From Clostridiales bacterium (lineage in GTDB: Bacteria > Bacillota > DSM-16504 > Desulfitibacterales > JAICDB01), in assembly GCA_020063565.1 (NCBI GenBank), contig JAICDB010000009.1:65393-129392 (forward strand): a stretch of 64,000 nt of DNA, in the 5' to 3' direction. Numbering within the stretch: position 1 is the stretch's first letter; every line of letters starts with the position of its first letter. Of this stretch, positions 37,365 through 45,582 are shown in pieces. Made by a program: the position numbers and the translations under genes. Under the pieces are notes generated by a model. It was not told where the DNA came from, did no database searches, and worked only from the letters and a program-made list of their open reading frames with translations.

Positions 37365-38093
37365 ATGGTTGTCAGAAAGATTATTCAAATTGATGAAGAT
37401 AAATGTAACGGCTGCGGACTATGCGTTCCCGCGTGCCATGAAGGTGCGCTTCAAATTGTAGATGGCAAAGCAAAACTTGTATCTGACAAATACTGTGATG
37501 GTCTAGGTGATTGTTTGGGAGAATGTCCTCAGGACGCTATTAAAATTGTTGAAAGAGAAGCAGATGAATATGATGATAAAGCAGTACAGGAAAGACTTGC
37601 AAAACTGAACAAGGAAAAAGAAGAGGGGGATTCCTGCCATACTGGAGGTTGTCCGGGAAGCAGGATGATGAGTTTTGTAGAAGAGCCAGAACAAGGCGAG
37701 GCTGCAAAAACAGATAATATCCGCTTAAAATCACAGCTCAGACAGTGGCCCGTACAGATTACGCTTGTACCGCCGGATGCTCCGTATTTTGAAGATGCCA
37801 GTCTTCTTGTCTGTGCAGATTGCGTACCATTTGCATACCCAAACCTGCATAACGATTTCATGAAAGACAGAGTAGTACTCGTAGGTTGTCCAAAACTGGA
37901 TAATGCTGAACATTATCTTGAGAAGTTTGCAGAAATTTTTAGATTAAATAATATCAAAGATATCACACTTACCAGAATGGAAGTTCCCTGCTGTGGTGGA
38001 ATGAGAATTATTTTAGAAAAAGCACTGCAAATAGCAGGCAAGGATATTCCAATAAATGATGTGGTAGTTGGGATTAAAGGAGATTTAAAATAA
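37365..38093 (+). CDS. 2x[4Fe-4S] ferredoxin-domain protein with conserved Cys-rich C-terminal domain
   Basis: CNGCGLCVPACHEGAL and CDGLGDCLGECPQDAI. C-terminal CADCVPF...GCPKLD...PCCGG. Confidence 0.6.
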   Translation: MVVRKIIQIDEDKCNGCGLCVPACHEGALQIVDGKAKLVSDKYCDGLGDCLGECPQDAIKIVEREADEYDDKAVQERLAKLNKEKEEGDSCHTGGCPGSRMMSFVEEPEQGEAAKTDNIRLKSQLRQWPVQITLVPPDAPYFEDASLLVCADCVPFAYPNLHNDFMKDRVVLVGCPKLDNAEHYLEKFAEIFRLNNIKDITLTRMEVPCCGGMRIILEKALQIAGKDIPINDVVVGIKGDLK

Positions 38094-38131
38094 AATGTAA
38101 CTTCCTGATATTCAAATAGCCTTCTGAAATT

Positions 38132-38165
38132 GCCTCTCTGACTTAGTGTCAGGGAGGCATTTTTC
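38132..38165 (+). terminator. Rho-independent terminator
   Basis: GCCTCTCTGAC-TTAGT-GTCAGGGAGGC (11 bp, one G.U pair), then ATTTTTC. Confidence 0.75.
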
Positions 38166-38178
38166 TATTTCAAGAGGT

Positions 38179-38303
38179 TGTTCGAAAAGTCCGCGCGAAA
38201 TCCACTTCGAATTTCGGCGTTGGCTTGTCTCCTGCGCTGCTCACCCGGCACTTAACCAGACAATTTGCCTTCTTCTCGTGTCTTTCGTGCTCCTTTTCGA
38301 ACA
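38179..38303 (-). repeat. Long copy A of the repeat family (reverse orientation, variant central module)
   Basis: Plus strand TGTTCGAAAAGTCCGCGCGAAATCCACTTCGAATTTCGGCGTTGGCTTGTCTCCTGCGCTGCTCAC...CGTGCTCCTTTTCGAACA. Abuts the znuB stop codon. Confidence 0.85.
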
Positions 38304-38316
38304 CGCACTTCAAAAA

Positions 38317-39135
38317 TCATATTTTCGCTCGAGAGAGAATTTTTTTGAAGGCTGAGAAAATAAAATACGCGGATACTGATAAGATGATAATAGCTGCACC
38401 TGAAGGTATATTAAGCTTATAAGAAAAAAGTAATCCCAGCAGGCAAAAAAGAATTCCCAGTAAGATTGATAATGCCATGAGGTGTTTAAGATTATAGGTA
38501 AATTGTTTTGCTATTGATGTAGGGGCAGTTAATAGGGCAATAATCAAAATGATGCCTACGACTCTAATTAAAATAACAACTGTCAGAGCAATCAGTATGA
38601 AAAGTATATAATCAAGTAGTGTGGTTGGAATGCCGAGAACAGCAGTAAATTCTTCATCAAATAAAAATGCCTTAAACAGGTTGAAGAAAGATAGTATTAC
38701 AGAGATTATTATCACATCAAGAACTACAATAATATATAAATCAATTTTTGAAACAGTCAGGATATCTCCAAATAGATAAGAAGTCATATCAGGTGGATAG
38801 CCCGGTGTAAATGCGACAAAAAGAATTCCTACAGCCATTCCAAAGGACCAAAACAAGCCTATTAAAATATCAGAATTTGTAGTAGTTTTTCTTTGAATGG
38901 TCGGAATGCCTAATGCAGCAAGTACAGAAAAAATTAAGCCACCAATGATAGGCTCTATGTTAAAATAGTACCCCATTCCTATTCCGCCAAATGCCGTATG
39001 TGCTATCCCGCCGCTTATCATTACCATTTTCTTTTCCATGATAATTGTCCCAATAATTCCACATGCAATGCTTGCCAGAATCGCGCTGAATACGGCGTTT
39101 TGTAAAAAGTTATACTTGAAAATAGCCTCAAGCAT
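38317..39135 (-). CDS. znuB: Zn/Mn-type metal ABC transporter permease
   Basis: Polytopic. ATG 39135 has a GAGGAGGG RBS and an ATGCTTGA overlap with the znuC stop. Confidence 0.85.
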   Translation of the reverse strand: MLEAIFKYNFLQNAVFSAILASIACGIIGTIIMEKKMVMISGGIAHTAFGGIGMGYYFNIEPIIGGLIFSVLAALGIPTIQRKTTTNSDILIGLFWSFGMAVGILFVAFTPGYPPDMTSYLFGDILTVSKIDLYIIVVLDVIIISVILSFFNLFKAFLFDEEFTAVLGIPTTLLDYILFILIALTVVILIRVVGIILIIALLTAPTSIAKQFTYNLKHLMALSILLGILFCLLGLLFSYKLNIPSGAAIIILSVSAYFIFSAFKKILSRAKI

Positions 39136-39898
39136 AATTTCCCTCCTCATGCTCTTGCAAAACCCTGTGCGGGACACCATGAGCAATTAAGTCCACGGGG
39201 CAACCATAGATTTTTGAAACAAGAGTACTGTTTAACTCCGGTTCTCCGTGGTAATATAATTTAGTATTTAAGCAAGCAATGCTTTTAACATATGAAGATA
39301 CTGCTCCCATGTCGTGGGTTACCAGAATAATTGTCATATATTTATTTAACTCGCTTAAAATGGAATAAATTTGTGTCCTGGATTTGGAGTCAAGGCTTGC
39401 AGTTGGTTCATCCAGCAAAATTATTTTAGGTTCCAGGGCTAAGGCCCTTGCAATCAAAACCCTTTGTAATTGGCCTGCAGACAGCCGGCCTATCTGCCTG
39501 TCTCTTAAATCATAAATATTTAACCGGTTGAGTAACTCTCTAACAGCCTCTTTGTCTTGCAGGGTATAGCGGCGAAAGAGGCAGTTTTTTTTGCGCAACC
39601 TTCCCGTTAAGACAACATCCCATACGTTAATGGGAAAACTTTTAGCAAACTTGGAAGCCTGAGGAACGTAGCCAATGAGCCCGCCTACTTTATGGGGTGG
39701 GCTGCCAAAAACGCGGATACTGCCGGTTGCGGGCTTTAGGAGCCCTAAAATAGTCTTCAATAAGGTACTCTTTCCGCCGCCGTTTGGCCCTAAAATACCA
39801 AGAAAATCTTTGTCTTTAATTGTTAAATTAATATCAGACAGCGCTATAACATGGTCGTAATATACACTTACATTTTCAATTTCCACTACATTTTCCAT
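39128..39898 (-). CDS. znuC: Metal ABC transporter ATPase
   Basis: Walker A GPNGGGKST. Signature LSAGQLQR. Walker B ILLDEP. Confidence 0.85.
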   Translation of the reverse strand: MENVVEIENVSVYYDHVIALSDINLTIKDKDFLGILGPNGGGKSTLLKTILGLLKPATGSIRVFGSPPHKVGGLIGYVPQASKFAKSFPINVWDVVLTGRLRKKNCLFRRYTLQDKEAVRELLNRLNIYDLRDRQIGRLSAGQLQRVLIARALALEPKIILLDEPTASLDSKSRTQIYSILSELNKYMTIILVTHDMGAVSSYVKSIACLNTKLYYHGEPELNSTLVSKIYGCPVDLIAHGVPHRVLQEHEEGNYA

Positions 39899-39907
39899 CT
39901 AACCACC

Positions 39908-40882
39908 TCAGTTTAAAACATTAGAAAAGAGTTCTGCTATCTTTTCCAGATTGTCTATATAATTTGGTGCAAGGGGCGCAACCTGCAGAGTTTTACCTCC
40001 TATTTCTTCAGCTATGGTCTGTGCTTGTTTGCTGTCAATTTCCGCCTGGTAAAAGATTACTTTAATATTTTTTTGCTTTGCCAGATCTATGACTTCTTGC
40101 ATATGTTCTATGGTAGCTTCTTTGCCGTGCTTTTCTATAGCTACCATTTTTAGTCCGTAATCGTCAGCAAAGTATCCAAAGACGGGATGGTAAACTAAGA
40201 AAGTTTTATTGGTTACCCCCGATAAAACTGTTTTTATTTTCCGGTCTACTTGAGAGAGCAGTTCCTGATAGCTTTGGGCATTTTTTTGATATGTATCTTT
40301 ATTGCCGGGATCTATTTCAGAAAGCCTATCGGCAATTACCTGAACCATTACCTGTACTCTCTTGGGAGAAAGCCAGATATGAGGGTCTCTACCGCTATGA
40401 TGATGGTCCTCTACCTGTTCCCTGTGGTGATCATCAGCAGGTTCATCTTGCTCTTCAGCGGAGTCGAAGTACCTTTCAGGATATACCTCAGCTACATGCC
40501 GTGCTAAATCTACGACCTTTAAGTTTTTATTAAAATCCGCAAGCTTTGGCAAAATATTTGCCTTCTCTGTTGGAACCCCTATGGAGAAATATAAGGAGGC
40601 TTCACTGAGCTGTGTCAGTTCCCGGGGAGAAGGGGCATAATTAGTAGGGCTGTTTCCCGGTGGAATCATAGTTACCACATCAACTAAGTCACCGGCTACA
40701 GCCTTTACAAAGGTAGCCTGGGGAACAATTGAAACGGCAACTGCCGGTTTTTTATCATTTGCTTCAGTGGTTGCAGGCCTGGATTTGTCAGCAGCAGTAC
40801 TTCCGGTAGAGCAACCGCTAAAAAGTATGGTTAGGACACAAATTAAAAATATAATGTGGATTTTATTTAATAAATTTTTCAT
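39908..40882 (-). CDS. znuA: Metal (zinc) ABC substrate-binding lipoprotein with His-rich loop
   Basis: Lipobox LFSGC. His/Asp/Glu loop DDHHREQVEDHHHSGRDPH, typical of ZnuA/AdcA. ATG 40882 chosen from GGAGG spacing. Confidence 0.85.
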   Translation of the reverse strand: MKNLLNKIHIIFLICVLTILFSGCSTGSTAADKSRPATTEANDKKPAVAVSIVPQATFVKAVAGDLVDVVTMIPPGNSPTNYAPSPRELTQLSEASLYFSIGVPTEKANILPKLADFNKNLKVVDLARHVAEVYPERYFDSAEEQDEPADDHHREQVEDHHHSGRDPHIWLSPKRVQVMVQVIADRLSEIDPGNKDTYQKNAQSYQELLSQVDRKIKTVLSGVTNKTFLVYHPVFGYFADDYGLKMVAIEKHGKEATIEHMQEVIDLAKQKNIKVIFYQAEIDSKQAQTIAEEIGGKTLQVAPLAPNYIDNLEKIAELFSNVLN

Positions 40883-40934
40883 AACCATACCTCCAGTTTT
40901 TGTTCCAGTAACTAGTGACGCAAGACTTTTTTCA

Positions 40935-41345
40935 CTAACGACAACGAGAACAGTATCCATATATTTTAAAACTATGGGTTGCAATTTCAAAATTGTGTTC
41001 ATTAACTGCTTCCTCTACTTTATGTTGTAAAGGGCACATTTCTAGTTCTATTGCTTTGCCGCACCCCAAACAAACTAAATGGTGATGATGTTTTCCGGCT
41101 AACTCATAACGATTGCAACCGTCTTTAAAATCCAGTTCCCTTACCAGACCCAAATCATTTAAAATATTGAGGTTTCTGTAAACTGTTCCAAAGGAGACAT
41201 TAGGCTGTTTCTTTTTTACTTCATTAAAAATTTCGTCGGCGCTTTTGTGGCTGCCATTCTCTAAAATTTCTATTATCAGCCTTCTCTGAGGAGTAATCTT
41301 ACACCCCTTATCCTTCATGATTTCCAGTAGATGTTTTGCCACCAT
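40935..41345 (-). CDS. zur: Fur-family metalloregulator, Zur by context
   Basis: 136 aa. HHHHLVCLGCG and C-terminal CSRC zinc sites. First gene of the znu cluster. Confidence 0.8.
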   Translation of the reverse strand: MVAKHLLEIMKDKGCKITPQRRLIIEILENGSHKSADEIFNEVKKKQPNVSFGTVYRNLNILNDLGLVRELDFKDGCNRYELAGKHHHHLVCLGCGKAIELEMCPLQHKVEEAVNEHNFEIATHSFKIYGYCSRCR

Positions 41346-41451
41346 ATAAATATGCCTCCTACATAAGAAATATTCCTATTTGAAAATAAACATAGCATAC
41401 AAAAAGTAATTTTTCAACAAAAAGATCACAACCAATGAAAAAAAGCGGCAG

Positions 41452-41794
41452 CTACTTTGTGATAAAGTAAGTTCCAATCAGTAACAAAACAACTCCTGAT
41501 AATTTATACAAAAGTAATTCTTTTTGCTTTGAAATAAATAAGTCAATTACTAAGCCGCTTATGATTTACTCCTCCAATAAGCCATTGGGGGCTGACATAA
41601 ATAATCTTAGTATATTGATTGAGACTTCCTCTTACCAGGTTTGCGGTCAAAATAACAATAACCCCGGTAATCAAACTATGGAGAGTTGCAATTTTCGGGG
41701 TTACGATACTTCCTAATTTAGCATTAACAGTAGCCTCTAATGTTGTAAAAATTCCAGCCAGAATGGCAAATAAAAATGGCGTTAATTCTTTCAT
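41452..41794 (-). pseudogene. Disrupted DMT-superfamily YdcZ/DUF606-like membrane protein gene
   Basis: The N-terminal 83-aa ORF (41543..41794) ends prematurely. A C-terminal-like segment IDLFISKQKELLLYKLSGVVLLLIGTYFITK* is readable in another frame down to 41452. Confidence 0.5.
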
Positions 41795-42019
41795 GTAACT
41801 ACTCCTCCCCTACTTTTCTCCCTCTAAACGTATATATTCTAAATGCTTTTGGCATATTCCCTTCACTATGCGGAGGTTCTGGCAATAAAGTCATGACATT
41901 CTGGTCTGAACAGGCCAAGATATGCATGGCTTTATAATTTGTGAAAAAAATTATAAAGTAACGATCAATTAAGGAGGAACTTTGAAAGATATGTAGAATT
42001 ATAAAATTAAAAGAAAACA

Positions 42020-42134
42020 ACATGTCACGAAGGCATGTGCCATTTTAACTTTTCCTAAAAATAATATATCTGCGCAGTAAGGCCATGAAGGTCTGGCTCA
42101 TTAAGGGCCATACTTTTCATGGCCTATTTTATTT
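42020..42134 (+). promoter_or_regulatory. Two-hairpin leader A (ACGAA-pentaloop hairpin plus terminator-like hairpin) upstream of the ABC importer
   Basis: ACATGTC-ACGAA-GGCATGT (42020..42038). GGCCATGAA...TTCATGGCC (42081..42124), followed by TATTTTATTT. Paralogous to 53374..53493. Confidence 0.55.
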
Positions 42135-42151
42135 CATGGAGGTATGTGCAA

Positions 42152-43732
42152 ATGTTTCAAGGAAAAAAAGTAATTTATCTTTTGCTTTTCGGTCTATTAA
42201 TGGTTTTTATACTTGCTGGCTGTGGTGCAAAAACAGAAAATGAGAAAGATATGAACAGCGCTGCAGTCACCTATACAATTGCTGATGCAACAGGGGACTG
42301 GGGATTTCCCGCTCCCTATACCCACTATTTAAGGGGACCGGGCTATGTCAGAATGAGTTTTATTTTTGATACCCTGGTCTGGAAGGATCAAGAAGGATTC
42401 ACGGAGGCACTGGCTGACAAGTGGGAGTACCTGGAAGAAGAAAATGCCTTTTTATTTAACCTCAGGAAGGATGTGACCTGGCATGACGGGGAAAAATTTA
42501 CTGCCGATGATGTAGTGTTTACTTTCCAGTATACAAGGGAAAACCCGTATCCGTGGAGTGATACGACAATTGTCAAAAATGTAGAAGCACTTGATGAGTA
42601 TACGGTCAAAGTCTACCTGGAAAAACCATATGCCCCGTTTTTAGCAAATGTTGCCGGGACACTTCCCATTATCCCGCGCCATATCTATGAAAACATTGAA
42701 AACCCCAGGGATTGTAAAGATATGAAGGCAGCTACGGGGACAGGCCCATTTAAGCTGGTTGACTATAACAAGGAGCACGGAACATATCTTTATGAGGCAA
42801 ATCCGGATTATTATCTTGGCAAACCTCAGGTAGATAAAATCCGCTTTATAAAAGTGGGAAAACAGATGATACCTTCAGCTTTGCTGGAAGGCACTGTAAA
42901 TGCCGGCGATATTCCCGCTGAAATGATTGCTAAATTTACAGGTAAAGAATTTATTGTCTTAACTTCCGATCATAGCTGGAATGCAAAACTGATGTTTAAC
43001 CACCAGGAAGAACCTTTTTCAGACAAGAAATTCAGGCAGGCTATAGCATATGCCATTAACAGGGGAAAGCTTGTGGAAATAGCCCAGAGGGGCCATGCCC
43101 TGCAGGGAAGTCCGGGGATCTTTGCACCTGACAATCCCTGGTATTCACCGGAGATAAATAACTATTCATTTAGTCCGGAAAAGGGCAGAAAGCTCCTTGA
43201 GGAACTGGGTTATGAGTGGAAAGATGGAGTTCTTTATAAAGATGGCAGGGCGCTTCAAATTGAACTATTGATTAAGTCCAGATTTGCAAGGGATGCGGAG
43301 CTTATTAAGGCAGATCTCGAGGATATAGGGATAAAGGTTGAACTTCGCAGCCTTGAGGATAAAACTGTTGATTCAAAAATAGAGGATTGGGATTTCCAGA
43401 TGGCAATCAGCGGTCACGGAGGCCTGGGAGGAGACCCCCAGAATCTTAATAAGTTTATTCTGGGTAAAGGCTTCAACAGTGCCAGGTATTTTGAAAATGA
43501 AGAACTTACCGGACTCTTAAAGAAACAGCTGTCTGTAATGGACAGTGCTGAACGCAAAAAAATTGTAGCCCGTATTCAGAAAATGTACTCTGAAGAGCTC
43601 CCTACCCTTACCCTTTATTACCCTGACTGGCAGTGGGCGCATGACGGGAAAGTGGATTTATATTATACGCCCGGTGGAATGGCATTGGGGATTCCGATAC
43701 CGTTAAATAAGCTGTCTTTTGTCAAACCTTAA
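42152..43732 (+). CDS. ABC substrate-binding lipoprotein, family 5 (NikA/OppA/DppA type)
   Basis: Lipobox LAGCG after ATG 42152 (GGAGG RBS). About 526 aa, the usual family-5 SBP length. Confidence 0.8.
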   Translation: MFQGKKVIYLLLFGLLMVFILAGCGAKTENEKDMNSAAVTYTIADATGDWGFPAPYTHYLRGPGYVRMSFIFDTLVWKDQEGFTEALADKWEYLEEENAFLFNLRKDVTWHDGEKFTADDVVFTFQYTRENPYPWSDTTIVKNVEALDEYTVKVYLEKPYAPFLANVAGTLPIIPRHIYENIENPRDCKDMKAATGTGPFKLVDYNKEHGTYLYEANPDYYLGKPQVDKIRFIKVGKQMIPSALLEGTVNAGDIPAEMIAKFTGKEFIVLTSDHSWNAKLMFNHQEEPFSDKKFRQAIAYAINRGKLVEIAQRGHALQGSPGIFAPDNPWYSPEINNYSFSPEKGRKLLEELGYEWKDGVLYKDGRALQIELLIKSRFARDAELIKADLEDIGIKVELRSLEDKTVDSKIEDWDFQMAISGHGGLGGDPQNLNKFILGKGFNSARYFENEELTGLLKKQLSVMDSAERKKIVARIQKMYSEELPTLTLYYPDWQWAHDGKVDLYYTPGGMALGIPIPLNKLSFVKP

Positions 43733-43773
43733 GCAATTAGAGCATATGGTAATACTTTTGGGTAATAGTTAGG

Positions 43774-44739
43774 GTGAGGAACGTGAAAAAGAAAGCGCTT
43801 GATTACCTGCTAGCATTTATAATTATTATCAGCTTGAATTTTCTCCTTCCCCGTTTGCTGCCGGGGGACCCTCTGGCAGCCATCTACGGGGAGGAGGCTC
43901 TCATTGCCATGACTTCCGAACTGGAGGCAGAGTTAATCGAACGCTTTGGCCTGGATAAATCTCTGCCCGAGCAGTTTATTATATATTTATCTTCACTTCT
44001 TAAAGCCGATCTCGGGTATTCATATTATTATGAAACATCTGTTACGAAACTTATCCTGGGAGCCCTGCCCTGGACCCTGCTGCTTGTAGGTTTGGGACTT
44101 GTCCTGTCAACTCTTTTGGGATTTATTTTGGGCCTGGAATCGGGTTGGAACCGTGGTAGATGGCAGGATAAGGGGATACTAACAGGTCTAATGCTTCTTA
44201 ACGGATTTCCGGATTTTTTCATAGGGATACTTCTTCTTTTGGTATTTGCAGTATCTTTGGGTATTTTCCCTTTATCGGGGGCACTTACTCCTTATACAGG
44301 GCTATCGGGGTTTGCCCTTGTGAGGGACATCTTATGGCACCTGTCACTTCCTTTAGCTGCCGTAGTGCTCTCGGAAATAACAGCCTCTTACCTCCTTACA
44401 AGGACGACAGTAATAACAATTTTAGGTGAGCCATTCATACTCACTGCCAGGGCAAAGGGACTCAAAGACACTGCCATCAGGTACAGGCATGTGGGCAAAA
44501 ATTCCCTTTTACCCATACTCACAAGGACCGGAATCAGGGTAGGCAGGATCTTTGCAGGAGCAATATTTATTGAAATTGTTTTTGCTTATCCGGGACTGGG
44601 TGTGCTTATTTTTAACTCTCTAATGGCCAGAGATTACCCTGTCCTGCAGGGAATCTTTTTACTGGTTGCGATAGGGGTCCTGGCAACCAATTTTATTGTG
44701 GACCTCTTGTACAAAAAAATTGATCCCAGGGTGGTATAA
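43774..44739 (+). CDS. ABC permease (NikB/DppB type)
   Basis: 6 TM. EAA-like loop region (ARAKGL). Operon position. Confidence 0.8.
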   Translation: MRNVKKKALDYLLAFIIIISLNFLLPRLLPGDPLAAIYGEEALIAMTSELEAELIERFGLDKSLPEQFIIYLSSLLKADLGYSYYYETSVTKLILGALPWTLLLVGLGLVLSTLLGFILGLESGWNRGRWQDKGILTGLMLLNGFPDFFIGILLLLVFAVSLGIFPLSGALTPYTGLSGFALVRDILWHLSLPLAAVVLSEITASYLLTRTTVITILGEPFILTARAKGLKDTAIRYRHVGKNSLLPILTRTGIRVGRIFAGAIFIEIVFAYPGLGVLIFNSLMARDYPVLQGIFLLVAIGVLATNFIVDLLYKKIDPRVV

Positions 44740-45582
44740 ATGCATGTAGACTATTTTAATTGTGTGAAAAAGAATAATATGGGTAGAATGGGCTTGATAT
44801 TACTCGTTATAATATCTACCATTGCCATATTTGCGCCGCTTTTAACCTTTTACCACCCTGCAGAGACCTCGCCCAACACATTACAGTTCCCTTCAGCAAA
44901 GCACCCGCTGGGTACCAATGATATCGGCCAGGATATCTTAAGCAGGGTGCTATATGGTGCGAGAACCACCCTTGTAGTTGCCTTCCTGGTGGGGATAACT
45001 TCAACGCTACTCAGCGCCTTTCTGGGAGGGACCGCAGCGCTTTTTGGCGGTCTCTATGAAAGAATTGTCATGAGGATTGCAGATGTTTTTTTAACACTGC
45101 CCAGTATCTTGGTAATTATTTTAATAACTTCCTATGTCAGGCCGGGTTTGTTAATGCTTGTAATAGTTATTTCTGCCTTCAGCTGGCAGGGAGGCGCTCG
45201 GGTTATCAGGGCCCAAACCCTTTCTCTTAAAAATAAAGCGCATATTGCGGCGGCTAGAACCTTTGGTGCAGGTAACCTCTATATTTTAAGAAAACATATA
45301 CTTCCCGATTTAGGCCCCCTTATGGTAGCAGGTTTTGTACAGCATGCCCGCAGGGCGGTTTTTATGGAAGCAGGTCTGGCCTTTTTGGGAATTTGTGATC
45401 CAACTACAGTCAGCTGGGGAATTATGCTTAACAGGGCTCTGGAATTTGCATATTTAAATGTCTGGTACTGGTTACTACCTCCCGGGTTAGCACTTTCCCT
45501 TACGGTCTTATCTTTCACGTTTTTAGGTTATGCGCTGGAGGAAACAGTGAATCCAAGATTGAGGGTGAAGGAAAATGCTTAA
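44740..45582 (+). CDS. ABC permease (NikC/DppC type)
   Basis: Polytopic. Conserved AARTFGAG loop. The start abuts the previous stop. Confidence 0.8.
   Translation: MHVDYFNCVKKNNMGRMGLILLVIISTIAIFAPLLTFYHPAETSPNTLQFPSAKHPLGTNDIGQDILSRVLYGARTTLVVAFLVGITSTLLSAFLGGTAALFGGLYERIVMRIADVFLTLPSILVIILITSYVRPGLLMLVIVISAFSWQGGARVIRAQTLSLKNKAHIAAARTFGAGNLYILRKHILPDLGPLMVAGFVQHARRAVFMEAGLAFLGICDPTTVSWGIMLNRALEFAYLNVWYWLLPPGLALSLTVLSFTFLGYALEETVNPRLRVKENA

Noticed and set aside
37433-37443. Third occurrence of the 11-mer GCCATGAAGGT from the leader motif
   Set aside because: It lies inside the ferredoxin-like coding sequence (codons for ACHEGA). It has no accompanying ACGAA hairpin or terminator. It is probably coincidence.
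38146-38355. 69-aa ORF (and the 65-aa ORF 38225..38422) running through repeat copy A
   Set aside because: The conserved peptide CSKSPREIHFEF(R/L)RWLVSCAAH recurs in ORF 62192..62377 only because the nucleotide repeat is conserved. No start codon or RBS is shared, the frames end differently in each copy, and copies B and C have no equivalent ORF.
41799-42023. 74-aa minus-strand ORF upstream of the ydcZ-like pseudogene
   Set aside because: AT-rich, low-complexity sequence with no RBS. It occupies what is more plausibly the promoter and leader region of the divergent genes.
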